DNA of 64,000 nt, taken from positions 775 through 64,774 of the forward strand of contig CALVIE010000002.1 in the NCBI GenBank assembly GCA_944329385.1, read 5' to 3'. Made by a program: the position numbers and the translations under genes. The notes below the pieces were generated by a model, which saw only the letters and a list, made by a program, of their open reading frames with translations, was not told the DNA's origin and did no database searches. This stretch comes from an uncultured Bacilli bacterium. GTDB taxonomy: Bacteria; Bacillota_I; Bacilli_A; RF39; UBA660. This document shows, piece by piece, positions 6,602-14,641 of the stretch (position 1 is its first letter; every line of letters begins with the position of its first letter).

Positions 6602-9368
6602 TATTACTTTGCCTAAGAATAAGTTAATTGTTATGACGGGAGTTTCTGGGAGTGGTAAAAGTAGTTTAGCTTTTGATACGATTTATGCGGAAGGGCAAAG
6701 AAGATATATTGAAAGTTTAAGTGCTTATGCAAGGCAGTTTTTAGGTGGGTCTGAGAAACCCGATGTCGATAGTATTGACGGTCTTTCACCGGCGATTAGT
6801 ATTGATCAGAAAACGACTAATAAAAATCCGCGTAGTACGGTTGGAACAGTTACGGAAATTTATGATTATTTAAGGCTTTTATTCGCGCGTATTGGAGTAC
6901 CATATTGCCCTAAACATCATATTCCAATTAGTAGTCAAAGTATTGAAGAGATGTGTAATGATGTGATGAAGCTTCCTGAGAGAACAAAAATTAGAGTTTT
7001 AGGACCAGCTGTTTCTTTAGAAAAAGGGACGCATAAGGATTTACTTTTAAATTTAAGAAAAGATGGGTATGTAAGAGTTATTATTGATGATAATGAATAT
7101 GATTTATCTGAGGATATTGAGCTTGATAAGAATAAGAAACATACAATTGAAGTTATTGTTGATAGACTAGTTATTAAACCGGATATTAGAAGTAGGCTTT
7201 ATGAGAGTATGGAGGTTGCTTCAAAACTTGGACATGGTAAGTTATTAATAGATGTTATAGGCGGGGAAAAGATGCTTATGAGTGAAACTTATGCTTGTCC
7301 TTATTGTGATTTTTCTTTACCTGAACTTGAACCTAGGATGTTTTCATTTAATGCACCTTGGGGAGCTTGCCCAGAGTGTAAGGGGCTTGGAGTTAAGTAT
7401 AAGATAGATGAGGATTTGATTATTCTAGATAAAAGTTTAAGTATTAATGAGGGGGCTATTTCGGCTATTAATACTTCTGATGAGAGCAATATTACTTATA
7501 CTAATTTGGAAACAGCGTGCAGGCATCACTCTATTGATATGGATAAACCGGTTCGTGATTTATCTAGAGATGAGCTTGATATTGTTTTATATGGTTCACC
7601 TGATTTGCTTACTTTTAATTATGTTTCTAAAAGTGGTAATAAGAGAACGACTAAAGGTTATTTTGAGGGTATTATTACTAATTTAGAAAGACGTTATATG
7701 GAAACTAAGAGTACTTGGATTAGGGCGTGGATAGAAAATTATATGACGGAGCTTAAGTGTCCAAAATGTCATGGAGCAAGGCTTAATGATGATGTTTTAG
7801 CTGTTTTAGTTGGTGGCAAGAATATTTATGAAGTGACACAATTTAGTATTAAGGATTTATATTCATTTTTAAGTGATTTGAGGCTTACTAAAGAACAAAA
7901 GGAAATATCTGAGCTTATTATTAAGGAAATTAGTTCTAGGCTTTCATTTTTGATTAATGTTGGACTTGAGTATTTAACTTTAGATAGAGAGGCGAAGACT
8001 TTATCTGGTGGTGAGGCTCAAAGAATTAGATTAGCTACACAAATTGGTTCACAGCTTACGGGTGTTTTATATGTTTTAGATGAACCTAGCATTGGTCTTC
8101 ATCAAAGGGATAATCAAAGATTAATTAATTCTCTTTTGAAGATGCGTGATTTGGGTAATACACTTATTGTGGTTGAGCACGATACTGATACAATGCTTGA
8201 GGCGGATTATTTAGTAGATATTGGTCCGGCTGCTGGTGTTCATGGTGGTGAGGTTGTAGCTGCAGGTACACCTAAAGAGGTTATGGCTAATCCAAACAGT
8301 TTGACTGGTAAGTATTTGACTGGTGAGATGAAAATTGAGGTTCCTTCAAAAAGAAGGAAGGGAAATAAGAAATATTTAGAAATAGTGGGAACTAAAGAGA
8401 ATAATTTAAAAAATATTAAGGTTAAGTTTCCACTTGGTAAGTTTATTTGTGTGACTGGGGTATCTGGAAGTGGTAAAAGTACTTTAGTTAATGAGATTTT
8501 ATACAAGGTTGTTTCTAATAATTTGTATAAGTCTAAGGAAAAACCTGGGGCTTATAAATCAGTTAAAGGTCTTGAGAATATTGATAAGGTTATAGATATT
8601 TCTCAAGCACCGATTGGAAGAACACCTCGTAGTAATCCGGCTACTTATACATCTGTTTTTGATGATATTCGTGATGTTTTTGCAGAAACTAAAGAGGCAA
8701 AAATGAGAGGTTATGATAAAGGAAGATTTTCATTTAATGTTAAAGGCGGAAGATGTGAAGCGTGCTGGGGTGATGGTGTTAAGAAAATCGAGATGCATTT
8801 TTTACCTGATGTTTATGTACCTTGTGAGGTTTGTCATGGAACACGTTATAATAGCGAAACTTTACAGATTAAATACAAGGGTAAGAATATTTATGAAGTT
8901 TTAGAGATGACAGTTGAAGAGGCTTTAAAGTTTTTTGAAAATGTTACAAAAATTAAGAATAAATTACAAATGCTTTCTGATGTTGGACTTTCTTATATAA
9001 AACTTGGTCAAAGTGCACCAACACTGTCTGGTGGTGAGGCAGCTAGAATTAAGCTTGCAAAAGAGCTGCAAAAAAAGCCTACAGGCAAGAGTTTGTTTAT
9101 TTTAGATGAACCAACTACTGGGCTTCATTCTGATGATATTAAGAAGTTACTTGTTATTTTAAATAGGATAGTTGATAATGGAGATACAGTTTTGGTTATT
9201 GAACACAATTTAGATGTTATTAAGCAAGCTGATTATATTATTGATTTGGGTCCAGAAGGCGGCGATGGTGGCGGCGAGATTGTTGTTACTGGAACACCTG
9301 AGGAAGTTGTTTTATGTGAGAAAAGTTATACTGGTAAGTTTTTAAAACCTTATTTGACTATAGATTAA
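6549..9368 (+). CDS. uvrA: Excinuclease ABC subunit A
   Basis: Two ABC modules (GVSGSGKSSLAFDT and GVSGSGKSTLVNE, LSGGEAQR and LSGGEAAR) and zinc-finger Cys clusters (CPYCDF..CPECKG, CEACWGDG..CEVCHG). ATG at 6549 lies 9 nt after RBS gaaggag. Confidence 0.97.
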   Translation: MDQIIVKGARENNLKNINITLPKNKLIVMTGVSGSGKSSLAFDTIYAEGQRRYIESLSAYARQFLGGSEKPDVDSIDGLSPAISIDQKTTNKNPRSTVGTVTEIYDYLRLLFARIGVPYCPKHHIPISSQSIEEMCNDVMKLPERTKIRVLGPAVSLEKGTHKDLLLNLRKDGYVRVIIDDNEYDLSEDIELDKNKKHTIEVIVDRLVIKPDIRSRLYESMEVASKLGHGKLLIDVIGGEKMLMSETYACPYCDFSLPELEPRMFSFNAPWGACPECKGLGVKYKIDEDLIILDKSLSINEGAISAINTSDESNITYTNLETACRHHSIDMDKPVRDLSRDELDIVLYGSPDLLTFNYVSKSGNKRTTKGYFEGIITNLERRYMETKSTWIRAWIENYMTELKCPKCHGARLNDDVLAVLVGGKNIYEVTQFSIKDLYSFLSDLRLTKEQKEISELIIKEISSRLSFLINVGLEYLTLDREAKTLSGGEAQRIRLATQIGSQLTGVLYVLDEPSIGLHQRDNQRLINSLLKMRDLGNTLIVVEHDTDTMLEADYLVDIGPAAGVHGGEVVAAGTPKEVMANPNSLTGKYLTGEMKIEVPSKRRKGNKKYLEIVGTKENNLKNIKVKFPLGKFICVTGVSGSGKSTLVNEILYKVVSNNLYKSKEKPGAYKSVKGLENIDKVIDISQAPIGRTPRSNPATYTSVFDDIRDVFAETKEAKMRGYDKGRFSFNVKGGRCEACWGDGVKKIEMHFLPDVYVPCEVCHGTRYNSETLQIKYKGKNIYEVLEMTVEEALKFFENVTKIKNKLQMLSDVGLSYIKLGQSAPTLSGGEAARIKLAKELQKKPTGKSLFILDEPTTGLHSDDIKKLLVILNRIVDNGDTVLVIEHNLDVIKQADYIIDLGPEGGDGGGEIVVTGTPEEVVLCEKSYTGKFLKPYLTID

Positions 9369-9384
9369 TTTCTATAGTTTTTTT
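9358..9384 (+). terminator. Rho-independent terminator of uvrA
   Basis: Stem ctataga/tctatag with loop ttaat, then T7. It overlaps the stop codon. Confidence 0.7.
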
Positions 9385-9441
9385 GTTTTTTAAAGGAAAA
9401 TTTCTAAAAAAATCGTATGTTTATATATAGAGGTGAAAATT

Positions 9442-10326
9442 ATGAATTACTATGATGAAATAAAAGGTGTTTTAGTAAAAAATGAGGTTTATAAAAAAGT
9501 AAAAGATTATTCAAAAAACAGAAGTGATTTAAATGCTTACTTTGAAGTGGGCAGATTAATAGTGGAAGCTCAAGGTGGTGAGGCAAGGGCCAAATATGGA
9601 AATAAGTTAATCAAAGAATATTCTATTAGATTAACTGAGGAGCTTGGTAAGGGGTATACTGAGAGAAATTTACGTAATATGCGGAATTTTTATATTAAAT
9701 TTAGGAAATGGTACGCAGTGCGTACCGAATTAACTTGGACGCATTATCGTGTAATGTTATCATTAACAGATTTTAAAGAAATTGAATATTATATGAATAT
9801 TGCAGTGATACAAAACCTTTCATATAGAGAACTTAGAGAAAGAATAAAGTCGAAAGAATATGAAAGACTTGGAAAAGATATTAATATAGAAGAGCCAAAA
9901 GTAAATACATTAATTAAAAATCCAATATTGATCAAAGTTAAAAATAAAAATGAAAGGTTAACTGAATATGCCTTACATCAATCTATTTTAGAAAATATTG
10001 ATGATTTTTTAAAGGAACTTGGTATTGGTTTTACTTTTGCAGGTAGTGAAATAAAAATTCAAATAGGTGATAGATATAATTATATAGACTTCTTGTTATT
10101 TAATGTAAAATTTAATTGTTATGTAGTAATCGAACTTAAAATTACAGAAATGAAAGCTGAATATATTGGTCAAATTATGAAATATGTTAGTTATGTTGAT
10201 AAGCATATTAAAGAAATGCATAATGATAAAACAGTAGGTGTAATTATTTGCAGAAAAGAAAATAAATATGTGATGGAGTATTGTACAAACCTTAATATAT
10301 TTGTATCTACTTATGAAACTATATAG
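9442..10326 (+). CDS. DUF1016/YhcG-family PD-(D/E)XK nuclease, paralog 1 of 4
   Basis: The N-terminal DUF1016-type region (...FEVGRLIVEAQGGEARAKYG...NMRNFY...LTWTHYR) and the C-terminal nuclease core (YIDFLLFNVKFNCYVVIELK) match the family. ATG at 9442 after RBS aggtga aligns with the starts of copies 2-4. Confidence 0.8.
   Translation: MNYYDEIKGVLVKNEVYKKVKDYSKNRSDLNAYFEVGRLIVEAQGGEARAKYGNKLIKEYSIRLTEELGKGYTERNLRNMRNFYIKFRKWYAVRTELTWTHYRVMLSLTDFKEIEYYMNIAVIQNLSYRELRERIKSKEYERLGKDINIEEPKVNTLIKNPILIKVKNKNERLTEYALHQSILENIDDFLKELGIGFTFAGSEIKIQIGDRYNYIDFLLFNVKFNCYVVIELKITEMKAEYIGQIMKYVSYVDKHIKEMHNDKTVGVIICRKENKYVMEYCTNLNIFVSTYETI
9710..9726. repeat. 17-nt perfect palindrome inside paralog 1
   Basis: ggtacgca-g-tgcgtacc, GC-rich in an AT-rich gene, centred on the first base of the Val codon of the A-V-R motif. 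Confidence 0.9.
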
Positions 10327-10340
10327 AAAGAAGTGATAAT

Positions 10341-11225
10341 GTGAATTATTATAATGAAATAAAAGATACGCTGGTTAAAAATGAAGTTTATAAAAAGGTT
10401 AAAGATTATTCTAAAAATAGAAGTGATCTAAATGCTTATTTTGAAGTAGGAAGATTAATTGTAGAAGCTCAGGGCGGTGAAGCTAGAGCTAAATATGGAA
10501 ATAGACTGATTAAAGAATATTCTTTAAAATTAACTGAGGAGCTTGGTAGAGGATATAATGTTACAAATTTAAAAAATATGAGGCAATTTTATTTAAGAAT
10601 TAAAAAAGGTCGCACAGTGTGCGACCAATTGCAATGGAGTCATTATAGATATTTATTGCCTATTATTGATGAACAAGCTTTTGATTATTATGTTATGATT
10701 ACAGAAATGTTAAATTTATCAGTAAGGGAACTTAGAGAAAGGATTAAGTCGAAAGAATATGAAAGAATTGGTAAGAATGTAAATTTAGAAAATACTAAAG
10801 TAAATACATTAATTAAGAATCCAATATTAATTAAAGTAAAAAATAAAAATGAAAGGTTAACTGAATATGCTTTACATCAATCTATTTTAGAAAATATGGA
10901 AAATTTTTTGAAAGAATTAGGTGTTGGTTTTGCTTTTATCGGTAGTGAAATAAAAATTAAAATGGGTGATAGATATAACTATATAGATTTTTTACTATTT
11001 AATGTTAAATATAATTGTTATGTAGTAATTGAACTTAAAATAACAGAAATGAAAGCTGAATATATAGGACAAGTTACTAAATATATAAATTATGTAGATA
11101 AACATATTAAAGAAATGCATAATGATAAAACAGTAGGTGTAATTATTTGCAGAAAAGAAAATAAATATGTGATGGAGTATTGTACAAACCTTAATATATT
11201 TGTATCTACTTATGAAACTATATAG
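10341..11225 (+). CDS. DUF1016/YhcG-family PD-(D/E)XK nuclease, paralog 2 of 4
   Basis: 294 aa with a GTG start 14 nt after the previous stop. It has the same architecture as paralog 1, and its 3' ~125 nt are identical to copy 1. Confidence 0.8.
   Translation: MNYYNEIKDTLVKNEVYKKVKDYSKNRSDLNAYFEVGRLIVEAQGGEARAKYGNRLIKEYSLKLTEELGRGYNVTNLKNMRQFYLRIKKGRTVCDQLQWSHYRYLLPIIDEQAFDYYVMITEMLNLSVRELRERIKSKEYERIGKNVNLENTKVNTLIKNPILIKVKNKNERLTEYALHQSILENMENFLKELGVGFAFIGSEIKIKMGDRYNYIDFLLFNVKYNCYVVIELKITEMKAEYIGQVTKYINYVDKHIKEMHNDKTVGVIICRKENKYVMEYCTNLNIFVSTYETI
10608..10626. repeat. 19-nt perfect palindrome inside paralog 2
   Basis: ggtcgcaca-g-tgtgcgacc, at the same codon position as in paralog 1. Confidence 0.9.
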
Positions 11226-11239
11226 AAAGAAGTGATAAT

Positions 11240-12133
11240 GTGAATTATTATAATGAAATAAAAGATACGCTGGTTAAAAATGAAGTTTATAAAAAGGTTA
11301 AAGATTATTCTAAAAATAGAAGTGATCTAAATGCTTATTTTGAAGTAGGAAGATTAATTGTAGAAGCTCAGGGCGGTGAAACTAGAGCTAAATATGGAAA
11401 TAGACTGATTAAAGAATATTCTTTAAAATTAACTAAGGAACTCGGCAAAGGATATACTTATACTAATTTGAGTAGAATGAGACAATTTTATTTACTTTCT
11501 TTAAAAGTTGCGACACTGTCGCAACAATTATATAAAATTAGTTGGAGTCATTATACTGAATTATTGAAAATTAAAAATGTAAATGAATTAAAATATTATA
11601 TCTATGTTATTCAAAAGCAAAACTTATCAGTAAGAGAGCTTAGGGAAAGAATAAAGACTAATGAGTATGAAAGGTTAGGGAGTAAAACAAAGTTAGAAGA
11701 GCCAAAAGTAAATACATTAATTAAAAATCCAATATTGCTCAAAATTAAAAATAAAAATGATAAATTAACAGAATATGCTTTACACCAATCTATTTTAGAA
11801 AATATGGATGTTTTTTTAAAAGAATTAGGTGTTGGTTTTACTTATGTAGGCAATGAAGTAAAGATTAACATAGGAACTAGTTTTCATTATATTGATTTTT
11901 TACTTTTTAACGTGAAATTTAATTGTTATGTTGTAGTAGAACTTAAGATAACTGAATTTAAAGCTGAATATATTGGACAGGTTATGAAATATATAAATTA
12001 TGTTGATAAAAATATTAAAGAGTGTTTTAATGATAAAACGGTTGGTGTGATTATTTGCAGAAAAGAAAATAAATATGTTATGGAATACTGCACGGATAAT
12101 AGGATATTTACTACTACATATGAAACTATATAG
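11240..12133 (+). CDS. DUF1016/YhcG-family PD-(D/E)XK nuclease, paralog 3 of 4
   Basis: 297 aa with a GTG start. The 5' end is nearly identical to copies 2 and 4, and the 3' ~270 nt are identical to copy 4. Confidence 0.8.
   Translation: MNYYNEIKDTLVKNEVYKKVKDYSKNRSDLNAYFEVGRLIVEAQGGETRAKYGNRLIKEYSLKLTKELGKGYTYTNLSRMRQFYLLSLKVATLSQQLYKISWSHYTELLKIKNVNELKYYIYVIQKQNLSVRELRERIKTNEYERLGSKTKLEEPKVNTLIKNPILLKIKNKNDKLTEYALHQSILENMDVFLKELGVGFTYVGNEVKINIGTSFHYIDFLLFNVKFNCYVVVELKITEFKAEYIGQVMKYINYVDKNIKECFNDKTVGVIICRKENKYVMEYCTDNRIFTTTYETI
11507..11525. repeat. 19-nt perfect palindrome inside paralog 3
   Basis: gttgcgaca-c-tgtcgcaac, at the same codon position as in the other copies. Confidence 0.9.
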
Positions 12134-12147
12134 AAAGAAGTGATAAT

Positions 12148-13041
12148 GTGAATTATTATAATGAAATAAAAGATACGCTGGTTAAAAATGAAGTTTATAA
12201 AAAGATTAAAGATTATTCTAAAAATAGAAGTGATCTTAATACCTATTTTGAAGTAGGAAGATTAATTGTAGAAGCTCAGGGCGGTGAAGCTAGAGCTAAA
12301 TATGGAAATAAACTGATTAAAGAATATTCAGCAAAATTAACTATGGAACTTGGTAAAGGATATGGTGTATCTAATTTAAAGAGAATGAGGCAGTTTTATT
12401 TATTGTTTGAAAAAGGTGCCTCACTGCGGCACCTTTTTGGAAATCTTACTTGGACTCACTATAAATATTTATTACCTTTAAATGATAACAAGAAAATATC
12501 TTATTATATGAATATTGCAATATCTGAAAATTTATCATACCGTGAGTTAAGAGAAAAAATAAAAATTAACGAGTATGAAAGGTTAGAAAATAAAATAGAG
12601 TTAGAAGAGCCAAAAGTAAATACATTAATTAAAAATCCAATATTAATTAAAGTAAAAAATAAAAATGAAAAGTTAAGTGAGTATGCACTGCACCAATCTA
12701 TATTAGAAAATATGGGAGATTTTTTGAAAGAGCTTGGCATTGGATTTTTATATGCAGGTAGTGAAGTAAAGATTAACATAGGAACTAGTTTTCATTATAT
12801 TGATTTTTTACTTTTTAACGTGAAATTTAATTGTTATGTTGTAGTAGAACTTAAGATAACTGAATTTAAAGCTGAATATATTGGACAGGTTATGAAATAT
12901 ATAAATTATGTTGATAAAAATATTAAAGAGTGTTTTAATGATAAAACGGTTGGTGTGATTATTTGCAGAAAAGAAAATAAATATGTTATGGAATACTGCA
13001 CGGATAATAGGATATTTACTACTACATATGAAACTATATAG
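12148..13041 (+). CDS. DUF1016/YhcG-family PD-(D/E)XK nuclease, paralog 4 of 4
   Basis: 297 aa with a GTG start and the same architecture as the other copies. Confidence 0.8.
   Translation: MNYYNEIKDTLVKNEVYKKIKDYSKNRSDLNTYFEVGRLIVEAQGGEARAKYGNKLIKEYSAKLTMELGKGYGVSNLKRMRQFYLLFEKGASLRHLFGNLTWTHYKYLLPLNDNKKISYYMNIAISENLSYRELREKIKINEYERLENKIELEEPKVNTLIKNPILIKVKNKNEKLSEYALHQSILENMGDFLKELGIGFLYAGSEVKINIGTSFHYIDFLLFNVKFNCYVVVELKITEFKAEYIGQVMKYINYVDKNIKECFNDKTVGVIICRKENKYVMEYCTDNRIFTTTYETI
12410..12438. repeat. 29-nt near-perfect palindrome inside paralog 4
   Basis: 11-bp arms aaaaaggtgcc/ggcaccttttt around tcactgc, whose ca/tg can also pair. It sits at the same codon position as in the other copies. 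Confidence 0.85.
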
Positions 13042-13047
13042 AAAGAT

Positions 13048-13758
13048 TTATCTTTTGCTAAAAATATAAAGAAATAAGGAACTGGAAGAAATTACTAAGA
13101 GTGTAAATAATAGAATATATATTTCTATACCCAAGTTATTTATTAAATTGATAAGAATGTCATTTACTGATGTTCCAAAAAATTGAATGTTAAAAATAGC
13201 TACATTATCTACATAATTTGAAAAATTAAACGGATCTAAAAATGTATTTAAAAAAATATAATTGGATCCATTTTTTATTAAGGAATTGGCTATATATGCT
13301 AGAAAAATTTGAATAAACATTAATAAAATGTTTTTAAAGGAAAATTTAGCTTTATAGTTTTTGGTTATAAATGCTCCAGATATTAATAAAAAGAAGTGAT
13401 AGAGATAACAATATAAGTTATTAAAGTTGAGTATTTTTGGATTTGTAAAGAAAATGGCAGCAATAGAAAAAAATATTCCGAAGGCGCTTAAGTAATTTAA
13501 TAGAAATTCTTTTTTGGTTTTTAGATAAATTATACCAATAATAGGGTATAGGTAACAAAGTTGAAGAGGTAAATCATTATTTAGATGGAAATTATTAGTG
13601 AAAATTAAAAATAAAAATTTTGATATTTCTAAGAATAATAATAGAAGTAAGATGTTTGTTAAGTTTGCTTTATTTTTTTTTAGTTTAAATCCAATTATGA
13701 TAGGCAATATTATAAGAGTTAAAATGATTAATATATGGGGTATAGAAAATATTTTCAT
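13048..13758 (-). CDS. Polytopic integral membrane protein, function unknown (possibly YwaF/TIGR02206-like)
   Basis: 236 aa and almost entirely hydrophobic helices. The family assignment is only a recollection-level guess. Confidence 0.5.
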   Translation of the reverse strand: MKIFSIPHILIILTLIILPIIIGFKLKKNKANLTNILLLLLFLEISKFLFLIFTNNFHLNNDLPLQLCYLYPIIGIIYLKTKKEFLLNYLSAFGIFFSIAAIFFTNPKILNFNNLYCYLYHFFLLISGAFITKNYKAKFSFKNILLMFIQIFLAYIANSLIKNGSNYIFLNTFLDPFNFSNYVDNVAIFNIQFFGTSVNDILINLINNLGIEIYILLFTLLVISSSSLFLYIFSKR

Positions 13759-13867
13759 GTAATCACCATTATATGGTATGCGGCTTTTAAATAATTTTTA
13801 AATATTAATATCTAAAATATAGATGATATTTAATATTCGTCTTCAATTAAATTTTAATATAAAATGG

Positions 13868-13921
13868 TTTATCTATTAAAAATGTGATATTTCTAACTGT
13901 TTTATCTATGAAAAATGTGAT
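13868..13921. repeat. Two 21-nt direct repeats spaced 33 bp apart
   Basis: tttatctattaaaaatgtgat (13868-13888) and tttatctatgaaaaatgtgat (13901-13921), with one mismatch, in the intergenic region upstream of the XRE gene. Confidence 0.6.
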
Positions 13922-14042
13922 TTAAAATTGATTTTTAATGTAAATAATGATAAAACAAAGGTAAAGTTAGTACCTCTTTATGTGGCATTTTGTATAGAAA
14001 AAGATTTTTGCAAAATTATACAGTTTTGTATAGTTATTTTTA

Positions 14043-14062
14043 TTTAACCTTGTGTGGTTAAA
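14043..14062. promoter_or_regulatory. Palindromic operator candidate TTAACC-N6-GGTTAA
   Basis: tttaacc ttgtgt ggttaaa lies about 40 nt upstream of the XRE regulator gene. A second copy is at 14369-14386. Confidence 0.5.
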
Positions 14063-14097
14063 CGATATGCGGTTAATATTGTTAAACTTAATATAAG

Positions 14098-14346
14098 GTG
14101 AGGCTTGTGAAGTTAAGCGAAGCAATGTCGAAAAAATTACTGAAAATTTGTGATGAACGGAATATTTCAATAAATAAACTAGCAACTACTTGCTTACTTA
14201 CACAAAGTACAGTTCAAAATATTATTGAATGTAATTCATCTAATCCAAAATTACTTACTATTGTTAGGATATGTGATGGTTTGGGTATAACTTTGGAAGA
14301 ATTTTTTTCAGATGATTTATTTACTAATATAGATAGAGAAGATTAG
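14098..14346 (+). CDS. XRE-family helix-turn-helix transcriptional regulator
   Basis: ...ERNISINKLATTCLLTQSTVQNIIECNS... is an HTH_3-type motif in a protein of about 80 aa. The start is uncertain (GTG at 14098 or 14107). Confidence 0.75.
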   Translation: MRLVKLSEAMSKKLLKICDERNISINKLATTCLLTQSTVQNIIECNSSNPKLLTIVRICDGLGITLEEFFSDDLFTNIDRED

Positions 14347-14368
14347 AAGATGTTATTTATTAAATAAT

Positions 14369-14386
14369 TTAACCTTGTAGGGTTAA
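14369..14386. promoter_or_regulatory. Second TTAACC-N6-GGTTAA operator candidate
   Basis: ttaacc ttgtag ggttaa lies between the XRE gene and 14442..14627. A T-run follows, so it could alternatively act as a weak terminator. Confidence 0.45.
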
Positions 14387-14441
14387 GTTTTTTTAAAATA
14401 TTTTTTTATAATTAATATGTAAGATTGTGGGGGTTTATATA

Positions 14442-14627
14442 ATGAAAGAATTTATGAAGAGATATTTGTGTGGTTTTTTAATAGGTGGAATTTTATTTGG
14501 AAGTATTAGTGTGAAAGGAATGAGTGAGTTTTATAGTAATGATGTAAGTTATGATAATAAGGAAAGTGGTCTTACATCTACAAATGTAAAAAGTGCGATA
14601 GATGAACTTTATAATGTGTGTAAATAG
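14442..14627 (+). CDS. Small membrane-anchored protein with a TSTNV-x-A-x-DELY motif
   Basis: ATG after RBS gtggggg. An N-terminal TM helix is followed by SGLTSTNVKSAIDELYNVC, the same motif found at the N-terminus of the next gene. Confidence 0.55.
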   Translation: MKEFMKRYLCGFLIGGILFGSISVKGMSEFYSNDVSYDNKESGLTSTNVKSAIDELYNVCK

Positions 14628-14641
14628 AAAGGACATATATT

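Noticed and set aside
10608-11525. Resemblance of the palindrome cores (CACAGTG / CACTGTC) to transposon-end or RSS-type heptamers.
   Set aside because: The resemblance is only a 7-nt similarity. Copies 1 and 4 do not share it, and there are no associated transposase genes or terminal repeats. It is treated as coincidence.
9433-13041. A ~900-bp periodic repetition that could be mistaken for a repeat array or CRISPR-like structure.
   Set aside because: The units are full-length protein-coding paralogs (~295 aa each) with 14-nt spacers. There are no short direct repeats with unique spacers.
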